Positions 1-10,296 of a stretch of DNA of 64,000 nucleotides are shown in pieces. Every line of letters begins with the position of its first letter. Position 1 is the first letter of the stretch. Under the pieces are notes generated by a model. It was not told where the DNA came from, did not search any database, and was given only the letters and a program-made list of their open reading frames with translations. The position numbers and the translations under genes were made by a program. The DNA comes from an uncultured bacterium (GTDB lineage Bacteria; Acidobacteriota; Aminicenantia; Aminicenantales; CALLJL01), in assembly GCA_938092135.1 (NCBI GenBank), contig CALLJL010000003.1, positions 172,724 to 236,723 of the forward strand, in the 5' to 3' direction.

Positions 1-1
1 G

Positions 2-877
2 GAGTGGGCTTTAAAGCGGGGTTTAAAGATCGATGATTTTGCGCCTAGGCTTTCCTTTTTTTTCAATGCCCACAATGACTTTTTTGAGGAAATTGCTAAA
101 TTCCGTGCAGCCAGAAAAATCTGGGCTGAGGTCATGAGAGAAAGATTTGGGGCCAAAAATGAACGCTCCTGGTGGCTTCGCTTTCACACTCAAACTTCCG
201 GTGTTTCCCTTGTGGCCCAGCAGCCATATAACAATATTATCAGAGTAACTATCCAGGCCTTAGCCGCTGTTCTTGGGGGAACCCAATCTCTCCATACCAA
301 TTCCCTTGATGAAACCTATGCTTTGCCAACTGAAAAAGCTGTGACCATTGCATTAAGAACCCAACAGATAATTGCCTTTGAAAGCGGGGTGGCTAATACC
401 ATAGACCCTCTCGGTGGCAGCTATTATGTTGAAAAATTAACGCAGGATATGGAAAGGGAGGCTAAAGCTTATATTAAGAAAATTGATGAACTTGGGGGAA
501 TGGTTAAGGCTATAGAACTTGGATTCCCCCAGAAGGAAATTGCCGATAGCGCCTATCGTTATCAACAGGAGGTTGAGAGGAAAGAAAAAATAATTGTCGG
601 GGTTAATGCTTTTGAAATGGAACATGAACCTATCCCTATATTAGAAGTTGACCCGGCTGTCGAACGACACCAGTTAAACCGATTAAGAGAGGTGAAAAAG
701 ACGCGAAATAAAAGGCTGGTTAAGCGAACATTGAGCGATTTGAAAAAAGCAGCTCAGGATGAAGTCAATCTCATGCCCTTTATTCTTAACTGTGTTCGGG
801 CTTATGCCACAGTTGGCGAAATAATGGACGCTTTAAAAGAAGTCTATGGAGTTTATGAAGAGCCAATTACTTATTAA
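2..877 (+). CDS. Methylmalonyl-CoA mutase-family large (substrate-binding) subunit, 5'-truncated by the window edge
   Basis: The frame is open from base 2 ([41 protein letters not shown]) into the 134..877 ORF. Motifs [49 protein letters not shown]. No B12 domain, so this is the split-type enzyme. Confidence 0.95.
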   Translation, partial: EWALKRGLKIDDFAPRLSFFFNAHNDFFEEIAKFRAARKIWAEVMRERFGAKNERSWWLRFHTQTSGVSLVAQQPYNNIIRVTIQALAAVLGGTQSLHTNSLDETYALPTEKAVTIALRTQQIIAFESGVANTIDPLGGSYYVEKLTQDMEREAKAYIKKIDELGGMVKAIELGFPQKEIADSAYRYQQEVERKEKIIVGVNAFEMEHEPIPILEVDPAVERHQLNRLREVKKTRNKRLVKRTLSDLKKAAQDEVNLMPFILNCVRAYATVGEIMDALKEVYGVYEEPITY

Positions 878-889
878 AAGGAGATTACA

Positions 890-1372
890 ATGGTTCGACA
901 GAAGAAAAAGGAAAGACTTAACCAAGAATCAATCTCTGAAGCCTGGCCTTCTTTTAAACAGCCTCGTTTGAGAGTTCTTATTGCCAAGCCAGGACTCGAT
1001 GGCCACGACCGAGGAGCTAAAATTATTTGCCGGGCTCTGCGAGATGCCGGCATGGAGGTAATATATACCGGATTGAGACGAACGCCAGAAGAAATTGTCA
1101 ATGCAGCCATTCAAGAGGATGTTGACCTTATTGGTTTGAGTATTTTAAGTGGGGCTCATAATGTTCTTTTTCCAAAAATAATGAAATTGCTTCGGAAAAA
1201 GGGCGCTGGTGACATTCCGGTTATTGCGGGTGGAATCATCCCCGAAAAAGATATTCCTCGCCTCAAAAAGATTGGCCTTGCCGAAATCTTCTTACCTGGG
1301 ACTTCTACCCAAGAAATTATTGACTGGATTCAGAAGAACATTAAAATTAGAGCAAAAAAAAGAGATACTTGA
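890..1372 (+). CDS. Cobalamin-binding small subunit of acyl-CoA (methylmalonyl/isobutyryl-CoA) mutase
   Basis: [13 protein letters not shown] (DxHxxG B12 motif), [14 protein letters not shown]. Directly follows the large subunit, with a GGAG RBS. Confidence 0.95.
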   Translation: MVRQKKKERLNQESISEAWPSFKQPRLRVLIAKPGLDGHDRGAKIICRALRDAGMEVIYTGLRRTPEEIVNAAIQEDVDLIGLSILSGAHNVLFPKIMKLLRKKGAGDIPVIAGGIIPEKDIPRLKKIGLAEIFLPGTSTQEIIDWIQKNIKIRAKKRDT

Positions 1373-1409
1373 CATCTTTTTTTCAATTTGATAAGCAAAA
1401 GACATATTA

Positions 1410-2318
1410 ATGGCTGAAAAGAAATATTTATCGTTAATTATTATTCCTCATAAAAGAGGAAAAGCTAAAACGATTACTATTTCCCATCAAGCTAGTCGTA
1501 TCATCATTTCCTTTTTTGTTACCTTTCTGGTTATTTTTATTTATTTTCTAGCAGATTATTTTAGTATGAATATAACCAGGGCTAAATTTAATCAGTTAAA
1601 AAGTGAAAATCAGGAACAGAAAAAAGTCATTGCCAGTTATGAAAGCTCAATTAAGCAGCTTACAGCTAAAATTCAAACTTTTGAAAATTATGCTCGAAAA
1701 CTAAATATTATGGCCGGTTTGCGTTCACCTGAAGCTCTTAAAGAAGCTGGAGTCGGATCAGGAAACGAAGCCGAAGAGCTCTCGACTGGTCAAGCTAACT
1801 TGACCGGAAGCCTTAGGTCGACCAATTGGCCTCTGAACCAGGTTCATAGGAAAGTTGAACAACTCGAACAGAATCTAAGCACCTTGCTAAATTTTTTTGA
1901 ACAACAACGAACTCGCCTGGCCCAAACCCCAACAATCTGGCCTACGGTTGGTTTTATAACTTCAGGTTATGGCTGGCGAATTGATCCTTTCACCGGTAAA
2001 CAGACCTTCCATAAAGGTATTGATATTGCTACTAATTTAGGCAACCCAGTCGTGGCCACAGCTGATGGGGTAGTGGTAGAAACCAGAAATGACCGAATTG
2101 GCGGAAAAACTATTTTAATCAGCCATGGTGCCGGCCTTAGCACCATTTTTTATCATCTCGATAAAATTCTTGTTCGGCCTGGCCAGAAGGTAAAAAGAGG
2201 CGATATAATAGGTCTTGTTGGTAAAACAGGTAAGGCCTTAGGGCCCCATCTTCATTATGAAGTTCACCTTAATGGTAAGGCGGTTAATCCTCTTCAATAT
2301 ATACTTGAAGAAGAGTAA
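1410..2318 (+). CDS. M23 family metallopeptidase (N-terminal TM helix, coiled coil, LytM domain)
   Basis: HKGID (HxxxD) and GPHLHYEV (HxH) motifs, PTIWPTVGFITSGYGWRIDPF. Confidence 0.93.
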   Translation: MAEKKYLSLIIIPHKRGKAKTITISHQASRIIISFFVTFLVIFIYFLADYFSMNITRAKFNQLKSENQEQKKVIASYESSIKQLTAKIQTFENYARKLNIMAGLRSPEALKEAGVGSGNEAEELSTGQANLTGSLRSTNWPLNQVHRKVEQLEQNLSTLLNFFEQQRTRLAQTPTIWPTVGFITSGYGWRIDPFTGKQTFHKGIDIATNLGNPVVATADGVVVETRNDRIGGKTILISHGAGLSTIFYHLDKILVRPGQKVKRGDIIGLVGKTGKALGPHLHYEVHLNGKAVNPLQYILEEE

Positions 2319-2323
2319 AAATT

Positions 2324-3277
2324 TTAATCCTTCCTGAATTTATCTTCGCCAAAGCCATCACCTGGTTTGATCCTTAAGCCAAGGGAGGCGTCATAGGCTC
2401 TCATTTCCTGACGATTTTCCCTTTTTAGCCTCTGAATACGATACAAAAGGCCATCGCCACAGCAAACATCAAGACCTTCCGGGCTTATTTTTACAATTTC
2501 GCCTGGATTTAACCTGGAGGATGTTTCAGCCAAAGGTATACCGCGAGTAATTTTTATCATCTCCTTGCGAAAGAAAGTGAAGGTTCCAGGCGAAGGATTA
2601 AAAGCTCTCACTAGGCAATCAATTTTTCGGGCTGGCCATAGCCAGTCAATTTTCCCCATAATTTTATCTATTTTTGGAGCATAAGTGGCCAAAAAATGGT
2701 TTTGAGGTATAGGAGAAATTTGGTCAATCTTCGAAAGTGTTTCCATTAAAAGTTCAGCGCCAATTGAAGCCAGGCGCCTTTCCAATTCGCCGGCATTTTC
2801 CTCAGGTTGAATAGGCACTTCTTTCTGAGTTAAAATATCGCCTTCATCCATTCTTTCATTAAGCTGAAAAATAGTTACTCCAGTTTTTTCTTCGCCATTA
2901 AGAATTGCCCAAGCAACAGGGCAGGCACCTCGATATTTAGGCAAAAGAGAAAAATGAACATTTATCGCGCCGTAAGGGGGAAAATAAATAATTTCTGGAG
3001 GTAAAATTTGGCCATAAGCCACAACAACAATGATATCAGGGGAAAGATTATGGATTAATTCCAGAGCAGCTTTGTCATGCCTGATCTTTTCAGGCTGAAT
3101 CAAAGACAAACCATGTTTTAAGGCGAATGTTTTAACTGGAGGTGGTGTAAGTTTCTGGCCACGGCCGGCTGGACGATCCGGCTGAGTGACGATTAATTGG
3201 ATTTTATGCTCGGAATAGAGAAGTTTCTCTAAGCTAGGTAGGGCCGCTTCAGGTGTTCCAAAAAAAATAATGTTCAT
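2324..3277 (-). CDS. fmt: Methionyl-tRNA formyltransferase
   Basis: FFGTPE, VTQPDRPAGRG, NVHFSLLPKYRGACP, MDEGDI. Overlaps def by 4 nt. Confidence 0.97.
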   Translation of the reverse strand: MNIIFFGTPEAALPSLEKLLYSEHKIQLIVTQPDRPAGRGQKLTPPPVKTFALKHGLSLIQPEKIRHDKAALELIHNLSPDIIVVVAYGQILPPEIIYFPPYGAINVHFSLLPKYRGACPVAWAILNGEEKTGVTIFQLNERMDEGDILTQKEVPIQPEENAGELERRLASIGAELLMETLSKIDQISPIPQNHFLATYAPKIDKIMGKIDWLWPARKIDCLVRAFNPSPGTFTFFRKEMIKITRGIPLAETSSRLNPGEIVKISPEGLDVCCGDGLLYRIQRLKRENRQEMRAYDASLGLRIKPGDGFGEDKFRKD

Positions 3278-3789
3278 GAAGGAGAAGTAAGACCAAATTG
3301 CTTTTTCAATCGACGATAAATTAAACTTCGTTTTAAAGGGGAAAGGCGATCAATGAAGAATTTACCTTCAAGATGATCGAATTCATGGGAAAAGACTCTA
3401 GCCAAAAGACCGTAAGCTTCCATTTCAATTTCTTTTCCCTCGAGATTGAATCCCCGAATTTTAAGACGATCTGGCCGACGAACCTTTTCCCTTATTTCCG
3501 GAACCGAAAGACATCCTTCTTCTTCAATTGCTTCGCCCTCTTCTTCCAAAATTTCAGGATTAATTAGAATGATTAGTTCGTCTGGTTTTTCCCCTAGGGA
3601 TAAATCTACAGTAATTAGCCTTTGACTAACCCCAACTTGAGGCGCGGCCAAACCAATTCCAGGGGCAAGATACATCGTCTCGACCATGTCTCGAGCCAAA
3701 GTAACTATTTCCTCATTAATATTTATAATTGGTTCAGCTCGGCGGTGAAGAACTGGATGACCAAACTTGATTATTTTTCTTGCAGCCAT
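3274..3789 (-). CDS. def: Peptide deformylase
   Basis: GIGLAAPQVG, EGCLSVP, HEFDHLEG motifs. Confidence 0.97.
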   Translation of the reverse strand: MAARKIIKFGHPVLHRRAEPIININEEIVTLARDMVETMYLAPGIGLAAPQVGVSQRLITVDLSLGEKPDELIILINPEILEEEGEAIEEEGCLSVPEIREKVRRPDRLKIRGFNLEGKEIEMEAYGLLARVFSHEFDHLEGKFFIDRLSPLKRSLIYRRLKKQFGLTSPS

Positions 3790-3959
3790 AATTCCATTTT
3801 ATCAGACAAACCCGATTTTTTAAAACTAATCTGTCGGCTTAATGCTTATTGCCAGCATGATTGGAGCAACGATCTTTTATCCCGCACCATTTTTTAAAAG
3901 CCAATAATCATGAAGGCCTAAATTTATAAGTATTTTTTTATCTGTTTTAAGAAATTCTC

Positions 3960-5966
3960 TTAAATTACGGCTGAAGGTGGAGCCGGTTCTTCAGCTTTAC
4001 CGGCATTTTTAAGGGGAACAGCGACCAGATAAATTCCGATTATAAACAGAAAAACCAAGCCAAATAAATAGCTGGGAGCGGTCATGATTCCAGGAATAGG
4101 AATATTAAAAAAGGTCAGGGCTGCCCTCACCAATCCAGTTAAAGCCTCGCCAGCAATCAGACCAGAAGCAAGCAAAATGCCGGTATTTTCCACCCTGGTC
4201 TTCTGAGCTTCGTTGAAGTTTCTTTTAGCGGCTAATCTGTCAATTATGGCTCTAATGAGGCCGCCACAAAAGATGGCAAAAGTTGTTTCAAGGGGAAGAT
4301 ACATGCCAACCGCAACAAGCATAGGTGACCGAACTTGAACGAGAATTAAAGCAAATCCCATAAACATCCCGACAATAACTAAGGGCCAAGCCATTTCACC
4401 GCCAACAATCCCTTGAGCTAAAGCGGCCATTAATCCAGCCTGAGGGGCGGGCAACTCTTTGCTACCAAAAGTGAAGGCGCCATGAAGGATCATTAGAGGA
4501 AAGAAAAGGACTAAAGAGGAAATTAGAATACCAATGATATCTCCAACTTGCATTTTCCATGGGGTTCCGCCTAAAAGGTGGCCAACTTTTAAGTCTTGAA
4601 GCATTTCCCCGGCAACAGCTGAAGAAACACAAACAACCGCCGCAACGCCCAAGACAGCGGCTACACCACTTATTCCGGTAGCCCCTATTAAAACCATAAG
4701 AATGGCAGCAATAATCAGAGTTGATAAGGTGAGGCCAGAAATGGGGTTATTGGAGGAACCGATGGTGCCTACAAGATTTCCGGAAACAGCAGCAAAGAAG
4801 AAGCCAGCCAGGGCCATAACTGTGGCGGCCACAATGGCTGCACCATAGGTGCCAGCAAAAACATGATAAACAAAAATCATGAGAATAAAACAAAGAATCA
4901 ATCCAGAAAAAACGTAACGGAAATCCAAGTCCTTTTCGAGTCTTGAAACTTGCTCGACTTTGCCAGCTGCCTTTTTAGCGTCAGAGATAGATCTTCTCAA
5001 CCCAGCCATTAAATTTTTTCTCATTCGATAGAGGGTGAAGCAAGCTCCAACAAGCATTCCGCCTACAGCAATTGGGCGGATTATGAAGCGCCAAACATGG
5101 CCAACTAAGGATTCCCAGCTTACATCGGCCATGGTTACCTCAGGGCCATAGAAGCTTGTGACAAGCTGAGGACCAAGAAAATAAATGAGAAGGGGGGCAA
5201 AAAGACCCCAGGCTAGAACGCCGCCAGCAAAATTGAGAGAAGCCAGCCTTGGTCCGATAATGTAGCCAACTCCAATGTAAGCAGGATATATTCCTGGTCC
5301 AGTGACAGCAATTGTACCCCCTGTGCCCACCGTCGGCGAAGTTTTAGTTGTTCCTAGCCTTACAAAACTTGATCCAATAGTCCCCACCTTGATGATGAAA
5401 TCCTTTGAAGCGGCAAAGAGCTTCAATACGCCTAAAGCATAAATTAGAGCCCCAACACCCATCGCCTGAAAGAGGAATCGAGCGCCAGCACTTCCTTTCT
5501 GGCCTGCCTTGTGAATTTCGGCTGCGGCTACGGATTCAGGGAAGGGAAGTTCAGGATCAGTTACCATAACCCTTCGCAAGAAAGTAACAAAAAGGATACC
5601 AAGGAGACCACCTACAAACATTAAAGCTGAGGACTTAATATAAGCATCAACTGTATTAAAATTTGTCCAGGCTCCGACGATAAGAAAGGCAGGAATGGTG
5701 AAAATAGCTCCTGCCGCCACCGATTCGCCAATGGAGCCAACGGTTCGGGCAAAATTTTCTTCTAAAATTGAACCCCTCATTAATTTAAGTACAGCCATAC
5801 CAATTACAGCGGCAGGGTAAGTGGCTGCAATTGTCATTCCCGCCCTTAGACCAAGGTAGGCATTGGCAGCTCCCAGGATGACCGTCATGATTAACCCTAA
5901 AATCAGTGCCCTAAGCGTAAATTCTCTTAACTCGGTTTTTTCGGGCACAAAAGGTCTTTCTTTCAT
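3960..5966 (-). CDS. OPT-family oligopeptide transporter
   Basis: Multi-TM 668 aa protein. EFTLRALILG, ANAYLGLRAG, LPFPESVAAAE, GSSNNPISG, LQDLKVGHLLGGTPW, LPAPQA. Confidence 0.93.
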   Translation of the reverse strand: MKERPFVPEKTELREFTLRALILGLIMTVILGAANAYLGLRAGMTIAATYPAAVIGMAVLKLMRGSILEENFARTVGSIGESVAAGAIFTIPAFLIVGAWTNFNTVDAYIKSSALMFVGGLLGILFVTFLRRVMVTDPELPFPESVAAAEIHKAGQKGSAGARFLFQAMGVGALIYALGVLKLFAASKDFIIKVGTIGSSFVRLGTTKTSPTVGTGGTIAVTGPGIYPAYIGVGYIIGPRLASLNFAGGVLAWGLFAPLLIYFLGPQLVTSFYGPEVTMADVSWESLVGHVWRFIIRPIAVGGMLVGACFTLYRMRKNLMAGLRRSISDAKKAAGKVEQVSRLEKDLDFRYVFSGLILCFILMIFVYHVFAGTYGAAIVAATVMALAGFFFAAVSGNLVGTIGSSNNPISGLTLSTLIIAAILMVLIGATGISGVAAVLGVAAVVCVSSAVAGEMLQDLKVGHLLGGTPWKMQVGDIIGILISSLVLFFPLMILHGAFTFGSKELPAPQAGLMAALAQGIVGGEMAWPLVIVGMFMGFALILVQVRSPMLVAVGMYLPLETTFAIFCGGLIRAIIDRLAAKRNFNEAQKTRVENTGILLASGLIAGEALTGLVRAALTFFNIPIPGIMTAPSYLFGLVFLFIIGIYLVAVPLKNAGKAEEPAPPSAVI

Positions 5967-6116
5967 GGCCTAACTCCTTTGAAAGGATGCCTTATGTATA
6001 TTCAAAAAACAAGAGGCAAGTCAAGCCAAAAAAGCTAATCCAGATTTTGAAAAAAAGGTAAAATTTCTTGCTTTATATTTAAAATAAGATAAAATATTGA
6101 ACTGAAAAGAAAAGAA

Positions 6117-7148
6117 ATGGGTCTAATCGATTGGCTTAAAAGAAGCTTTTTTTGTGATTTAGCTGTTGATCTTGGAACAGCCAATACTCTAGTTTTTGTT
6201 AAAGGTAAAGGGATTGTCCTTAATGAACCTTCTATTGTTGTGGTTAATAAAGTAACCGGAAAGGTTGAGGCTGTAGGCCTGAGAGCCAAGGAGATGCTGG
6301 GTAAAACTCCAGCTAATGTGGTTGCAATAAAACCCCTTCGAGATGGCGTGATTGCTGATTTTGAGATTGCTGAAAAGATGCTTGATTATTTTATCCGGAA
6401 GGCTACAAACAACCGAGCTTTCCTTATTCGCCCTCGCATTGTTATTGGAATACCTACAGGTATAACCCAGGTGGAAAGAAGAGCGGTTAAAGATGTAGCC
6501 TTAAGGGCCAAAGCCTCAGAAGTTTATCTAATAGAACAACCCATGTCAGCTGCTGTAGGGGCGGATCTCCCTATTTCGGAGCCTACGGGAAATATGGTGG
6601 TTGACATTGGAGGCGGGACAACCGATATTGCTGTTATCTCTCTTAACGGAATTGTCTTTAATCATTCAATCAGAATTGGCGGCAATGAAATGGATGAACA
6701 GATAATTCAGTATGTTAAGAAAAAATATAACCTTCTTATTGGCGAAAAGACAGCCGAACAAGTTAAAATTCAAATAGGATCAGCTTATCCGCTGGATGAG
6801 CCTTTAACCATGGAAATCAAGGGACGGGATTTAAGAGAAGGTATTCCCAAGACAGTGATCGTGGACGATCAGGAGATTCGCGAAGCCTTGGAAGATGTAA
6901 TTGCTGCGATTATTAATGCTATTCGAGTGGCTCTCGAAAGGACTCCGCCTGAGCTTTCGGCCGATATAATTGATAGGGGAATAATTCTGACAGGAGGCGG
7001 GGCTCTTCTAAGAAATTTTGATAAAAGAATTAGAGAAGAAACTCAGCTTCCCGTTTTCCTTACTGAAGATCCTATGTCGACCGTGGTTATAGGGGCTGGC
7101 AAACTTCTTGATGATATGGACTTGTTGAAGAAAATTGCCATTAATTAA
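6117..7148 (+). CDS. mreB: Rod shape-determining protein MreB
   Basis: DLGTANT, VDIGGGTTD, LTGGGALL actin-like motifs. First gene of the mre cluster. Confidence 0.98.
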   Translation: MGLIDWLKRSFFCDLAVDLGTANTLVFVKGKGIVLNEPSIVVVNKVTGKVEAVGLRAKEMLGKTPANVVAIKPLRDGVIADFEIAEKMLDYFIRKATNNRAFLIRPRIVIGIPTGITQVERRAVKDVALRAKASEVYLIEQPMSAAVGADLPISEPTGNMVVDIGGGTTDIAVISLNGIVFNHSIRIGGNEMDEQIIQYVKKKYNLLIGEKTAEQVKIQIGSAYPLDEPLTMEIKGRDLREGIPKTVIVDDQEIREALEDVIAAIINAIRVALERTPPELSADIIDRGIILTGGGALLRNFDKRIREETQLPVFLTEDPMSTVVIGAGKLLDDMDLLKKIAIN

Positions 7149-7172
7149 GCGCCATTATAAGCTGGAATTTCT

Positions 7173-8006
7173 ATGGTCCTTCAAACAAGAGAGAAAAGGA
7201 GTTTCCATTTCTTTTTATTCTTGATTATTATAAATTTAATTTTGCTTTCCCTCCAGGTCCCTCTGAGTCAGGACAAAACTCTAATGAAGCAAGTTCTTTT
7301 GGGCTTATTTACTCCGTTGCAGGCTGGAGTCAACTGGATCTGGAAAGGAATTGAAAACTTATGGTTAGATTATATTTTTTTAAAAAATGTAAGGACCCAG
7401 AACGCTCAATTAGCAGCTGAAAATTTACTCCTTCGTCAAGAAAATATTCTTCTGCGACATGTTCTGGAGAAATTAGAGAAGGAGCAGGAGATAAAAGAAA
7501 GGCTTGAGCCTTTAAAATTTCCTATCGTTGTTGCCGCTGTTATTGGGGTTGATGCTGGCAATATTTTCCAATCTATTATTATCAACAGGGGAGCTCATCA
7601 TGGGATTAAAGCTAATATGGTTGTTCTTGATCCGGAAGGGAACCTCGTTGGTCGGATAATTGACCCTGTTCTTCCATGGTCCTGTCGGGTTCAACTTATT
7701 ACTGATGAAACGAGCGGCACCGGCGTGATTACTTCTCGTCAAGCTGTCTCTGGAATTCTACGAGGTGATGGCCAAGGCCGATGTTACCTTGATTATGTTT
7801 TGATATCCTCTCCAGAGGTCTTTATAGGTGAGAAGGTGTTGACTTCAGGTCTTGATGGCATTTATCCAGCAGGGCTTCAAGTTGGCCAGGTAATTTCAGT
7901 TTCAACAGAAGATGCTCTGTTTAAAAAAATCGAGGTCGAACCTTTTTTCCAATTGAATGGTCTAAGACAGGTAGCCGTTATCTGCTTCGATTTTAGCAGG
8001 TTATAA
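7173..8006 (+). CDS. mreC: Rod shape-determining protein MreC
   Basis: N-terminal TM, coiled coil, TSGLDGIYPAGLQVG. Position after mreB. Confidence 0.94.
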   Translation: MVLQTREKRSFHFFLFLIIINLILLSLQVPLSQDKTLMKQVLLGLFTPLQAGVNWIWKGIENLWLDYIFLKNVRTQNAQLAAENLLLRQENILLRHVLEKLEKEQEIKERLEPLKFPIVVAAVIGVDAGNIFQSIIINRGAHHGIKANMVVLDPEGNLVGRIIDPVLPWSCRVQLITDETSGTGVITSRQAVSGILRGDGQGRCYLDYVLISSPEVFIGEKVLTSGLDGIYPAGLQVGQVISVSTEDALFKKIEVEPFFQLNGLRQVAVICFDFSRL

Positions 8007-8007
8007 G

Positions 8008-8478
8008 GTGAAAGCATTAAGGAAATCCCTTATATCCCCGCTCATTGTCGCTTCGGCCATAATTCTTCAAATATGGTGGCGGTCCGTCCCCCATTATTAT
8101 GGCGACCTCTTTAATTTTTTTTCTATAGCTGTGATTTTACTGGCTCTAAGGCATGGGGAGGAAATTGGAGCTTTGAGTGGTACTGTGGCTGGACTGATTC
8201 AGGATTCTCTTACTTTACATGTTTTTGGCTTAGCCGGTTTAACTAAGACCGGGTTGGGTTTTGTTGTTGGATTAGCCTATCGTAAACTTAACCTAACTCC
8301 CTTTATCAATCAACTTTTTTTTATTTTTATGGCTGCTTCGTTGGAGCATCTAATCTGGGCCGGTCTGGCTAATTTAATCTTTAATTTTAATCCTGCGGTT
8401 AAATTAGGAGCTTTCTGGTTTCAGCCCCTAACCACCACTCTTATCGCCGGCTTTATTTTTAAATTAATAAAGTCTTGA
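8008..8478 (+). CDS. mreD: Rod shape-determining protein MreD
   Basis: Hydrophobic 156 aa protein with GLIQDSL motif, between mreC and PBP2. Confidence 0.88.
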   Translation: MKALRKSLISPLIVASAIILQIWWRSVPHYYGDLFNFFSIAVILLALRHGEEIGALSGTVAGLIQDSLTLHVFGLAGLTKTGLGFVVGLAYRKLNLTPFINQLFFIFMAASLEHLIWAGLANLIFNFNPAVKLGAFWFQPLTTTLIAGFIFKLIKS

Positions 8479-8502
8479 CTGAGATTAAATAAAATATAAT
8501 TA

Positions 8503-10296
8503 ATGGCCAAAGAAAAAATTTATGAAGATTTTGATTTCCTCCATCGCCGGGTAAAAAAAGTTCTATTTTTATTTATTTTTATTTTTCTCCTTTTGGCCCT
8601 GAACTATTGGAAAGTCCAGATTCTTGATCATCGAAAATACTGGTCTTTATCTGAAGCGAATCGACTTAGAGAAATAGTTATTCCTGCTCCTCGAGGCCGT
8701 TTTTTTGATCGCCAAGGAATTGTCTTGGCCGATAATACAGTTGCCTTCAAAGCGTGCCTTTTGCGGGAAAACAATCAGCGCTGGAAAGAATCTCTTCAAG
8801 ATATAAGCAAGCTCCTTAATCTTGATTTGTCCATTATTCAAGAAAGAATTGATAAGTTTATTTCTTGGCCATTTTTTTTACCGATAGTCATCAAAGACAA
8901 TCTCAGCCTTGAGGAAATTGCCCGCATTGAAGCTCGAAAAGCTGAATTTCCCGAGCTTTACATTGACCGAGAACCAAGAAGATATTATCCCTTTGGCCCG
9001 ATAACGGCCCATGTAACTGGGTATCTTCAAGAAATCTCTTCTGAAGAGCTCAAATCTGGTGAATTTAAAAAGAAAACATTAGGCGAACTTGTCGGAAAAA
9101 TAGGTCTTGAGAGAAAATATGAGGACTGGCTTGTGGGTGAGAACGGAAAAAAAATGGAAATTGTCGATAGCCTTGGCCGAAGCCATGGGGAATACTCAAG
9201 GATTGAGGCCAAGCCTGGCCATGACCTCCATTTAACCTTAGACCTGGATTTACAGAAAAAGGCCTATGAACTCTTGGAAGGTAAGGAGGGGGTAATAATT
9301 GCTCTTGATCCAAAATCAGGCGAAGTTTTAGCCTTAGTAAGTTCTCCCTCTTTTGATCCCAATAAATTTGTTTCCCGATTAAGTTTCAAAGAATGGGTTG
9401 AGCTTAGTACTAGGGTTGATAATCCTTTTGAAAATAGAGCTATTCGCGGGCTTTATCCTCCTGGATCTATTTTTAAGCTGGCCGTTGCACTTGGTGCTCT
9501 TAAAAAAGCCATAATTTCTCCTCAGACCGTTCATTTTTGTTCTGGAGAAGCTATTTTTTATGGACGCCCTTTTTCCTGTTGGCACCGGGGTGGCCATGGC
9601 TGGCTAAATCTGGCTGAAGCCATCAAAGTTTCCTGTAATATTTATTTTTATCACGTAGGTCGACAGCTGGGCATTGAATCTATAGCCGAGACAGCTCGAG
9701 CGCTCGGGCTCGGTTTATTGACCGGTATTGATTTACCCGGTGAAAAAGCAGGAAATATACCCGATCCTGAATGGAAGAGACAAAGTAGGGGAACTGATTG
9801 GTTTCCTGGAGAAACTATTTCTGTTTCCATCGGCCAAGGTCCAATTCAGGTAACTCCGATTCAGATTGCCGTGTACACAGCTTTAATTGCTAACCGTGGT
9901 CACAAAATAAGGCCCCATCTTATTAAGAATACTGACTTGCTATCCAAGGAACAGAATGGAGCTTTGGGCGCCGTCGATATTGGAGCTGATTGTTTTGAAA
10001 CCATAATTGAAGGCATGTGGCGCTCAGTTAATGAAAGAGGGACTGGCCATCTGGCTATGGTCGAAGGTTTTGATGTTTGTGGAAAAACCGGTTCATCTCA
10101 AATTATTAGCCGGGAAAAAGCTGAGAAAACAGGTCAAACGATAAAGCCCCATTCCTGGTTTACAGGTTTTGCCCCAAGGTATAATCCCCAGATTGTGGTC
10201 ACTGTCCTCGTTGAATTTGGTGGTCTTGGCGGAGCTTCAGCGGCTCCTTTGGCCCGTGAAATTTTTGCTATTTATAAAAACAAAAATGGCCTATGA
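8503..10296 (+). CDS. mrdA: Penicillin-binding protein 2
   Basis: APRGRFFDR, PGSIFK (SxxK), SCN (SxN), KTG motifs. Confidence 0.96.
   Translation: MAKEKIYEDFDFLHRRVKKVLFLFIFIFLLLALNYWKVQILDHRKYWSLSEANRLREIVIPAPRGRFFDRQGIVLADNTVAFKACLLRENNQRWKESLQDISKLLNLDLSIIQERIDKFISWPFFLPIVIKDNLSLEEIARIEARKAEFPELYIDREPRRYYPFGPITAHVTGYLQEISSEELKSGEFKKKTLGELVGKIGLERKYEDWLVGENGKKMEIVDSLGRSHGEYSRIEAKPGHDLHLTLDLDLQKKAYELLEGKEGVIIALDPKSGEVLALVSSPSFDPNKFVSRLSFKEWVELSTRVDNPFENRAIRGLYPPGSIFKLAVALGALKKAIISPQTVHFCSGEAIFYGRPFSCWHRGGHGWLNLAEAIKVSCNIYFYHVGRQLGIESIAETARALGLGLLTGIDLPGEKAGNIPDPEWKRQSRGTDWFPGETISVSIGQGPIQVTPIQIAVYTALIANRGHKIRPHLIKNTDLLSKEQNGALGAVDIGADCFETIIEGMWRSVNERGTGHLAMVEGFDVCGKTGSSQIISREKAEKTGQTIKPHSWFTGFAPRYNPQIVVTVLVEFGGLGGASAAPLAREIFAIYKNKNGL

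Noticed and set aside
8475-8500. TTGACT...TATAAT upstream of mrdA
   Set aside because: The spacer is only 14 nt, too short for a sigma70 promoter.
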